Source of the DNA: Gemmatimonadaceae bacterium
GTDB taxonomy: Bacteria; Gemmatimonadota; Gemmatimonadetes; Gemmatimonadales; Gemmatimonadaceae
Length of the DNA stretch: 64,000 nucleotides
Assembly (NCBI GenBank): GCA_044224875.1
Contig: JBGAJQ010000002.1
Location: 1-64,000 of the forward strand
Reading direction: 5' to 3'
This document shows, piece after piece, positions 57,236 through 64,000 of the stretch; position 1 is the stretch's first letter; each line of letters opens with the position of its first letter. Made by a program: the position numbers and the translations under genes. The notes under the pieces were generated by a model, which was given only the letters and a program-made list of their open reading frames with translations, had not been told where the DNA came from and did not search any database.

Positions 57236-58052
57236 CGGCGCGGTGGGCCCTCCGCCACCTCCCGCGACCGAAGGGTCGGCGGATGCCGTCAGCACCACGG
57301 GGCTGCGAAAGACGTTTGGCCATCTCGTCGCCGTCGAGGGGCTGGACCTCCGCATCCACCGCGGGGAGGTCTTCGGACTTCTCGGTCCCAACGGCTCCGG
57401 CAAGACGACCACCATCCGGATGCTCTGCGGCCTGCTCGAGCCAACAGCGGGGACCGCGGTCGTCGTCGGCTACAACGTCAGCACGCAGCGTGAGCTCATC
57501 CGCCGCCGCATCGGCTACATGTCGCAACGCTTTGGACTATACGACGACCTGACGGTGCGTGAGAACATCCTGTTCTATGCCCGGGTGTACGGCCTACGCG
57601 GCGTTCCCCTGCGTAGCCGCGTCGAGGAACAGCTCGACGACCTCGCCTTGCGCGCTCGCGAGTCGCAGCTGGCGGGAACCCTCAGTGGAGGGTGGAAGCA
57701 ACGTCTGGCACTCGCCTGTTCAACGGCGCATCACCCTGACATGCTCTTCCTCGACGAGCCAACCGCGGGCGTCGATCCGGCCTCGCGCCGCCTGTTCTGG
57801 CAACTCATCTATGCCCTGGCGCAACGCGGCACCACCATCCTCGTCACCACCCACTACATGGACGAGGCCGAGCGTTGCCAACGCCTGGCGTTCCTATCCC
57901 GCGGGCGCCTCATTGCCCTGGGCACCGCGGCCGAAGTGACCGCGTCGTTCGGCCAGCCGACCATTGAAGACGTCTTCATCGCGTTGCAGGCGCGCGACGA
58001 AACAGACACCGCGCGCATCCTCAACGGCGCCACACGCGCCACACCCACGTGA
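57228..58052 (+). CDS. ABC transporter ATP-binding protein
   Basis: GPNGSGKTT, LSGG, FLDEPT and TTHYM motifs. Confidence 0.95.
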   Translation: MSSGAVGPPPPPATEGSADAVSTTGLRKTFGHLVAVEGLDLRIHRGEVFGLLGPNGSGKTTTIRMLCGLLEPTAGTAVVVGYNVSTQRELIRRRIGYMSQRFGLYDDLTVRENILFYARVYGLRGVPLRSRVEEQLDDLALRARESQLAGTLSGGWKQRLALACSTAHHPDMLFLDEPTAGVDPASRRLFWQLIYALAQRGTTILVTTHYMDEAERCQRLAFLSRGRLIALGTAAEVTASFGQPTIEDVFIALQARDETDTARILNGATRATPT

Positions 58053-58068
58053 GCCTGGTGCGCGGCGC

Positions 58069-59193
58069 ATGACGCTATTCTCGCGTGTTCGCTCCTCGCC
58101 GTTCTGGCCCATGCTCTGGAAAGAGTTCATCCAGATGCGGCGCGATCGCTTGACGCTCGCCATGATGATCGGCATTCCGACGGTGCAAATCCTCATCTTC
58201 GGCTATGCCATCCGAACAGAGGTGCGGCATCTTCCCACCGTGGTGCTGGATGAAGCGCGGGGTGCCCAAAGCCGCGCACTCGTTCAGGCCATGGCAAACA
58301 CCCGCAACTTCGACATCGTCGGTGACGTGTCCAGCCGCGAGGCCATGCGTGCCGCCATCGAACGCGGCGATGCCCGGGCTGCCGTGGTCATTCCGCCCGA
58401 TTACACCAGGCAGCTGAAACGCCATCGCACGGCCACGGCTCAGGTGATCATCGACGCGGCGGATCCGCTGGCCTCCACGGCGGCGATTTCTGCCGCGGCG
58501 CTCGCCGCTCGCACCATCACCACCTCCGCGAATGCCGCTCGCGGCGAACCCATCCTCGACGTTCGCGTCAGGCCCTGGTACAACCCAGCGCTCGAGAGCG
58601 CGGTGTTCATCGTACCGGGCGTGGCGGCACTCCTGCTGACCCTGACACTGTTGCTGCTGACGGCAATGGCGATCGTGCGTGAACGCGAGCGGGGGACCCT
58701 TGAACAACTGATCGTCACGCCCATCACGCGCAGTGGACTCATGCTGGGGAAGCTCCTCCCCTTCGTGCTCGTGGGCTACGTGCAGATGACCGTGATCCTC
58801 TTTCTCGGTCACTTCGTCTTCAACGTCCCGCTACGCGGCAGCATCCCCCTGCTGTACGCGTTGTCGCTCCTCTTCATCATCGCCAGTCTTGCCCTCGGAC
58901 TCTTCGTGTCCACCCTCGTCCGCACGCAGGGTCAGGCGATGCAGCTGTCGTTCATGATCATCCTGCCAACGATCCTGCTCTCGGGCTTCATGTTCCCCCG
59001 AGAGGCCATGCCACCGCTTGCTCAGTGGATCGGTAACCTCTTTCCCATCACGTACTACCTCCGCATCCTGCGCGGCATCCTGCTCAAGGGCGCTGGGCTC
59101 GACGCGGTGTGGAAAGACGTGGCGGCCCTCGGCGCATTCGCGGTCGTGTTGATCACGTTCAGCGCTCTGCGCTTCCGAAAGACACTCGACTAG
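58069..59193 (+). CDS. ABC-2 transporter permease (YbhR/S-like)
   Basis: KEFIQMRRD, WYNP, IVRERERGTLEQL.VTP and LSGFMFP motifs. Confidence 0.92.
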   Translation: MTLFSRVRSSPFWPMLWKEFIQMRRDRLTLAMMIGIPTVQILIFGYAIRTEVRHLPTVVLDEARGAQSRALVQAMANTRNFDIVGDVSSREAMRAAIERGDARAAVVIPPDYTRQLKRHRTATAQVIIDAADPLASTAAISAAALAARTITTSANAARGEPILDVRVRPWYNPALESAVFIVPGVAALLLTLTLLLLTAMAIVRERERGTLEQLIVTPITRSGLMLGKLLPFVLVGYVQMTVILFLGHFVFNVPLRGSIPLLYALSLLFIIASLALGLFVSTLVRTQGQAMQLSFMIILPTILLSGFMFPREAMPPLAQWIGNLFPITYYLRILRGILLKGAGLDAVWKDVAALGAFAVVLITFSALRFRKTLD

Positions 59194-59197
59194 CCGC

Positions 59198-59827
59198 TCA
59201 ACGCGGACGCGTCATCGACGAAAAATGGCGTACCCAGCCGACGCGGGCCGTCCAGCGACTTACATCCGTGACTCCCTGCACGCGACCCTCGAGCCAGACC
59301 GAGTGTCGGCCGGCAGGCCCAATCCACCGCTCGACACCCACGCCCGCAGTGGCACCAAATCGGTTGGCGTTGTAGCGCTGGTCGAGCGGGAGCGTGCCAA
59401 AGGAACTCGATAGGGCGTGGACGGCGAGCCCGACTGAGGCGTACGGAACGAGTCTCGACGTTGACGATCCGCCCAAGAGTCGAAGGGACACGGTCCCGGC
59501 CAGGTCGTACACAGTGGACTTGTAGCTCTCGTCGTCCTGCGGCACGTACTCGCGATGAGGACCGGCAAACCACACGGCGTCCCCAGTCAGGCGAACGCGC
59601 GGAGTCCAGATCCAGCCAAGGTCCACCAGCGCGCCTACCTCACCCCCCGTGACGTCGTGCGAAGCGCGCCCGCCACCAGCGAAAACCCCAACCCCCCCTG
59701 ATGCAGTCACACCGACGTGGGCGCGGGTCGCTTGCGCGCCGATGGAGCCAACGGTCGGGCCCGCCACCGGCAGAAGCACCAGCTCGATCAATACGAGCAG
59801 ACCTCGGGTATCAGCTCTCCATTCCAT
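59198..59827 (-). CDS. Hypothetical outer-membrane beta-barrel-like protein
   Basis: Signal-like N-terminus and alternating beta strands (PYASVGL, FGATAGVGV). Confidence 0.6.
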   Translation of the reverse strand: MEWRADTRGLLVLIELVLLPVAGPTVGSIGAQATRAHVGVTASGGVGVFAGGGRASHDVTGGEVGALVDLGWIWTPRVRLTGDAVWFAGPHREYVPQDDESYKSTVYDLAGTVSLRLLGGSSTSRLVPYASVGLAVHALSSSFGTLPLDQRYNANRFGATAGVGVERWIGPAGRHSVWLEGRVQGVTDVSRWTARVGWVRHFSSMTRPR

Positions 59828-59953
59828 GAGACGATCCTATTGAATGTCAGGGGAGAACGCACCGGGTACGAGTCCACTGGACACGCGAGGGCGTCCGCGT
59901 AGCGCAGCTCGTTCACGTTGCGTCGTCGCCGCTCCATGCGTTATTGCATTGAT

Positions 59954-62260
59954 ATGGCTCTGAACCGAAGCCCCCAGCCCAGCACCCCGCGATCCGGCAT
60001 TGCCCGGGACCTCGCGGTGTTTGCTGTCTGCTGCCTCATCGTGGCGGCTCTGGTCTTCGATGCCAAGGGCAGGCGCGCTGGCCGCAACTCGGTCGAGGCA
60101 GCGATCAGTGCAGGAACCCGCTACGCGGACTCCTTGGCCAGCGCTTCGGCCCTCACGCCGGCGGAATCTATCCAAACAAAGGACGCCGTCGCCGCGCTCT
60201 ACTTCGAACGACTTCGTCTTGGCCTGGGCAGTCCATTCCGACTCATCGACCAGTCGCAGCGGGATCCGTTGCTACCCGTCGCCGTGCGGTCGACGATTGG
60301 ACACGCGATTCTCTCGCGAACCGCTGTTGGCGAGGCATACCTCATAGAACCGGCAGCCCTGACGATGCTGGCGCTCTCACCCGACGCCGGGCTGCGTCAG
60401 GCCAAGGCGCATTTGGCCTTGATCGACTCGCTCGTCCGCTCGCATCAGGATCCGCGCGTTGGTGAGCTGACGGTCCGGTTGGCGTATCGTCTCGCCTACG
60501 CAGCCGGGCACGTGTCACGGCGCGCCCCTGAAATCGCGATTCAGGTAGCGTCGCAGAGTCGCGATAGGGTGCTGGCGATTCGGGACGCTCGATCACTGAC
60601 GCGAATGGCGCTCGCGCGCGGGCTTGACGCGTTGCAGCTGCTCGAAGAGTGGCGATCCAAACGCACATTGCTCGTTGAACGTCCGGTTCTCGTTCAACTC
60701 TCTGGTCGCGCCGAGGCCCAGGCGGTGGAGGAGCTGCCGTCGGTTCTGGCTCGCATCGCGGCGATCACGCGACTCGCGCCCGACACGAGTGCCTCTGGTG
60801 GATTCGTCCCGCTCCTGCGCGACGGACTCGCTAGGCGCATGGCCGGGCTCGCGGAGCTGCGTTCTTCTCCTCCCGAGGCACCGATCGCTGTCACGGTCAG
60901 TGGATACGCCGCGTCGATCTCCGGGGGAAGCAAGCCGCAAGAACTCCTCGTCAAGCGGTTTGTCGACGGCTCGCGAAACGAAGAGACACTGGCTGGCGAA
61001 TTCGCCCTGCTGCGGTCACGAATGGAAACGCCGCCCGCAGAAGCCGCGATGGCAGTCCTGACAGCCGGCGTGTCGCTTCGTCCGTACGCGCAGGAACGCG
61101 CGTGGCTCCCTGGCGAGTCGGCGCCAACGGTTTCGGAGCTTCAAACACGCTACGGGTTGGCCAGTATCGAGTTCGATGCCAATGTGCCCACGCGTTGGCG
61201 TCCGTACTACCGTCAGGCATTGGACAACGCGATTTCTGACATGCGTCGCGTTTTTCCCGCGTTCAGCGTTGCGGGGCTCCGTGTGCGGTTTGGCGAGAGT
61301 CCACTCGGCGACCGTGCCCTGGCCATGCACGATCCAGTCTCACGAACCGTCTATTTCCCGGTCACCAGTGGCGCGGGTGTGATGGCGCATGAGTTTGCGC
61401 ACGACCTCGACTGGCAAGCGGCACGGCGCCGGTACGGCGCAACGGTCGGCTATCGCACGGATCGCGCCGTTCGGCAGCAATCGGATTGGTTGGCCGGGGC
61501 GGTCCGGCGAATGGCGAGCGCCGAGCGAAGCCGCAGGGACACCGGGAACGAGGTGGACATCGAGCGGCCCACGGAGGTCTTTGCCCGGAACGTCGACTGG
61601 TTCGTGAGTGCGGCGTTGGCGCGCGACGCCCGCATGAATGGGTGGCTTTCGGCCGCTCAGGATCCGGTGTTGACCGGCTATGCTTCAGCTGCAACGCCAG
61701 AGGCTGCCCGTGATGGTGGCGAGGCGACATTGCGAGCGCTCGATGGTATCTCGGCCCCAGGTCCAAAACTGCGCGCGTGGTTCGATGATCTGTTCGGCGC
61801 CGGTCGCAAGGTCAGCGTGCATGAGTCCGTGCGTCGGGTGTTGGAGGTGCCGATCAACGCCGGCGAGTTGCGCCGCGAACCATCACAGTTCATCGGCCTG
61901 GACGCAGCGGCTGCCCAGCTACGGGCCGTGCCCCAGACGGGGTCGGCGTGGTCGTGCTTTCTGGACGTGCTCGCCGGCCGCAACGCCGACCGGGCCGCCG
62001 CACGCGCCGTCGCACAATATGCGGCAGAATCCCGCGCCCGCGGGATCGTCCAGCGGTGGGCCACCTTGAGTGCTGGTGCCGGCGAACGCGCCCCGTGGCG
62101 GATGCGTGCGCTGACCGGAGGACCATGGGCCCCGGCCGGCCGCGATCAGCTGACGCAGCAATTGCGCGACGCGATCCTGTGGCACGCGTTGCGAGACCCC
62201 GGCCCGTCCGACGTCCTCGCACGCGCTATTCGCACGCCAGACGCCGACTGTAGTCGTTAG
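59954..62260 (+). CDS. Large membrane-anchored hypothetical protein with a zincin-like HExxH motif
   Basis: N-terminal TM helix; VMAHEFAHDLD and a downstream RPTEVFAR segment. Confidence 0.7.
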   Translation: MALNRSPQPSTPRSGIARDLAVFAVCCLIVAALVFDAKGRRAGRNSVEAAISAGTRYADSLASASALTPAESIQTKDAVAALYFERLRLGLGSPFRLIDQSQRDPLLPVAVRSTIGHAILSRTAVGEAYLIEPAALTMLALSPDAGLRQAKAHLALIDSLVRSHQDPRVGELTVRLAYRLAYAAGHVSRRAPEIAIQVASQSRDRVLAIRDARSLTRMALARGLDALQLLEEWRSKRTLLVERPVLVQLSGRAEAQAVEELPSVLARIAAITRLAPDTSASGGFVPLLRDGLARRMAGLAELRSSPPEAPIAVTVSGYAASISGGSKPQELLVKRFVDGSRNEETLAGEFALLRSRMETPPAEAAMAVLTAGVSLRPYAQERAWLPGESAPTVSELQTRYGLASIEFDANVPTRWRPYYRQALDNAISDMRRVFPAFSVAGLRVRFGESPLGDRALAMHDPVSRTVYFPVTSGAGVMAHEFAHDLDWQAARRRYGATVGYRTDRAVRQQSDWLAGAVRRMASAERSRRDTGNEVDIERPTEVFARNVDWFVSAALARDARMNGWLSAAQDPVLTGYASAATPEAARDGGEATLRALDGISAPGPKLRAWFDDLFGAGRKVSVHESVRRVLEVPINAGELRREPSQFIGLDAAAAQLRAVPQTGSAWSCFLDVLAGRNADRAAARAVAQYAAESRARGIVQRWATLSAGAGERAPWRMRALTGGPWAPAGRDQLTQQLRDAILWHALRDPGPSDVLARAIRTPDADCSR

Positions 62261-63375
62261 GCCTTCTCGCTCGGCGACGCCGGACTCGAATCCGCTGCGC
62301 CCGCGGCCGCGGCCGTCGTAGCGTCGACCGCCGCGCCGTGAACCACCACGCGCCGCGTTGGGAAGGCGAAGGCAATGCCTTCGTCACTCAGACCGCGGAT
62401 GATCCCAAGGTTCACCGCTTGGCGCGTGTCCATCGCCACGTTGTAATCCGGCGTGTCCACCCAATACACCGTCTCGAACTCCAGCCCCGATTCCCCAATC
62501 TGGTAGAAGTGCGATCGATCGAAGCGAGCCGTGGGGATGTGCTGAATGATGTCGCGAAGGATCCCCGGGATTCGCTCGACCACGTCAGGTGGCGTATCGA
62601 GAGAGATGCTAAGCGTGATCACCACGCGGCGCTGCTGCAGCAGCGTCATGTTCCTCACGCGACTCTTCAGGAGGTCCGTGTTCGAGAAGATGACGAGCTC
62701 GCCGGACAGCGCGCGCACGCGCGTCGTCTTGAGCCCGACCTTCTCGACCGTTCCGTTCAACGCATCTACGGCGATGCTATCGCCCACCACGAATGGCTTG
62801 TCGACGACTATGGAAAGTGCGGCGAAGAGGTCACCCAGGATGTTCTGTACGGCAAGGGCGACGGCGACGCCAGTGATACCCAGTCCCGTGACGAGTGTGG
62901 TGACGTTGATGCCGAGGTTCTGCAGCGCCACGAGGCCCAGCACGAGCCAGAGGGCAAAACGCGCCAGTGCGCCAAACGCGGCAATGGTCGTGGCGCTGGA
63001 TCGGTCCTGACCTCGCTTGACCGCCCACTCGTGCAGCCAGTACGCGATGAGCCCGTTGCCCCACACGGATGCCTGGAGCACGAGGGCGATGATCGACAGG
63101 TATCGCGCGCCTTCACGAACGCGATCCGGGACATCGAGGGCCTGAAGGGCCGCAACGAGTGAAACAACGACGATGAAGTAAGCGCGAGTGCGACGCAGCA
63201 AGTCGACCGCGACGTCATCGGCATCCGTATCCGTCCTCTTTGCCAAGTCCGCCAATCGCTGTGTAACAACGCGTCGAATCGTAAAAAGGACGACCGCGAC
63301 CACGGCGAAGATCGCGCCGGCGAGAAGCCACGTTCTCGCGGAGTTGCCGAGGAAGACAGCGTCGAGAGGGTCCAT
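62257..63375 (-). CDS. Small-conductance mechanosensitive channel (MscS family)
   Basis: GLGITGVAVALAVQNIL, DKPF.VGD.I, GTVEKVGLKTT and FAFPT motifs; start set at ATG 63375. Confidence 0.93.
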   Translation of the reverse strand: MDPLDAVFLGNSARTWLLAGAIFAVVAVVLFTIRRVVTQRLADLAKRTDTDADDVAVDLLRRTRAYFIVVVSLVAALQALDVPDRVREGARYLSIIALVLQASVWGNGLIAYWLHEWAVKRGQDRSSATTIAAFGALARFALWLVLGLVALQNLGINVTTLVTGLGITGVAVALAVQNILGDLFAALSIVVDKPFVVGDSIAVDALNGTVEKVGLKTTRVRALSGELVIFSNTDLLKSRVRNMTLLQQRRVVITLSISLDTPPDVVERIPGILRDIIQHIPTARFDRSHFYQIGESGLEFETVYWVDTPDYNVAMDTRQAVNLGIIRGLSDEGIAFAFPTRRVVVHGAAVDATTAAAAGAADSSPASPSEKA

Positions 63376-63523
63376 ACGGTCGAAATGTGGGACTTGGGCG
63401 CCAGCCGACGGAGGTTTGGTTGCCTGGGCAGAACTGTGCGGTATACCCGTCGCAATGTAGCAAGGGTTTCTTCGGGCGAGTCGGCGAGCCGCCGCATAAT
63501 TATTGAAAAGAGATCGAGCTTTC

Positions 63524-63552
63524 TTGACATGCTCCGTGCCGACCCGTAGCGT
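63524..63552 (+). promoter_or_regulatory. sigma70-type promoter TTGACA-N17-TAGCGT
   Basis: Perfect -35 box, 17-nt spacer and TAnnnT -10 box upstream of the last gene. Confidence 0.7.
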
Positions 63553-63566
63553 GGCAGTGCCCCCAC

Positions 63567-63582
63567 GCGTAAACGATTGCGC
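63567..63582. promoter_or_regulatory. LacI-family-like operator GCGTAAACGATTGCGC
   Basis: Near-palindrome with a central CG matching GNAANCGNTTNC, just downstream of the -10 box. Confidence 0.6.
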
Positions 63583-63752
63583 CCTAGCGGCGACCGTGTA
63601 TACAAAACAGTAGACGAAGGAACCCAACGCCTGCTGTGATCGACCTGACGGACGCGGCTTCGACCTCCTGAATCCCCCAGCCACACGATGTGTGGCCCTG
63701 TTGTCTTGCAGTTTCTCCAACCCCACCCCCACCGCTCACTGGAGGAGGCTTC

Positions 63753-64000
63753 ATGGACACGACTCGTTCATCAGGGCGACACATTCGCCGTGTTGGGCGT
63801 CCGATCCTGGCCACCGTTGCGCTGCTGTTGTTAGGCGCCACGGCACAGGCACAGACCGGCGCCATCGCGGGGACGGTGTCGGACGGTACTGGACGCGGAC
63901 TTGGCGCCGTTCGGCTTCAAGTCATCGGTTCGCAGAACTTGGCGACTGGTACCGATGATCGCGGACGCTTTGTGATTCGTGGCGTTCCAGCCGGCGCGCA
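63753..64000 (+). CDS. Probable TonB-dependent receptor, N-terminus (carboxypeptidase-regulatory-like domain); 3' partial, not in the ORF track
   Basis: GGAGG RBS; MDTTRSSGRHIRRVGRPILATVALLLLGATAQAQTGAIAGTVSDGTG...TDDRGRFVIRGVPAG runs off the window. Confidence 0.75.
   Translation, partial: MDTTRSSGRHIRRVGRPILATVALLLLGATAQAQTGAIAGTVSDGTGRGLGAVRLQVIGSQNLATGTDDRGRFVIRGVPAGA

Noticed and set aside
422..62262. Resemblance of the TTAGGC core to eukaryotic telomeric repeats
   Set aside because: The copies are dispersed singly inside bacterial genes and never tandem; the similarity is treated as coincidence.
1..64000. tRNA, rRNA, transposase, integrase, prophage or defence-system genes
   Set aside because: None was recognised. 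The many remaining overlapping ORFs are GC-rich shadow frames of the annotated genes.

Overview
GC-rich (roughly 65% GC, estimated by eye) bacterial chromosomal segment with about 66 densely packed protein-coding genes. I found no rRNA, tRNA, CRISPR array or IS element. Gene content suggests Gemmatimonadota (inference only): kinase-TM-TolB/TPR proteins, many secreted amidohydrolases and peptidases, TonB receptors, and DUF305/LVIVD and DUF4331 pairs. Main points: (1) the non-palindromic octamer CGTTAGGC/GCCTAACG occurs at least 21 times exactly, plus many one-mismatch copies, often imposing rare TTA codons or overlapping stop codons. (2) A 133-aa, about 49% proline protein built from five 24-26-aa repeats (PRGDT-P7-KRGGDE-P5-GR) sits right behind a Ser/Thr kinase that is divergent from an FkbM methyltransferase and FAD oxidoreductase operon, a candidate peptide-modification or signalling locus. 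(3) A stand-alone FliA/WhiG sigma factor faces a divergent FlgM-like gene with a sigma28-type promoter, next to a degenerate histidine-kinase-like gene. (4) Several genes carry frameshifts or apparent deletions that may be assembly errors, including one that creates the false 1052-aa amidohydrolase/PQQ-dehydrogenase fusion. All family calls come from motif recognition by eye; no database search was run.
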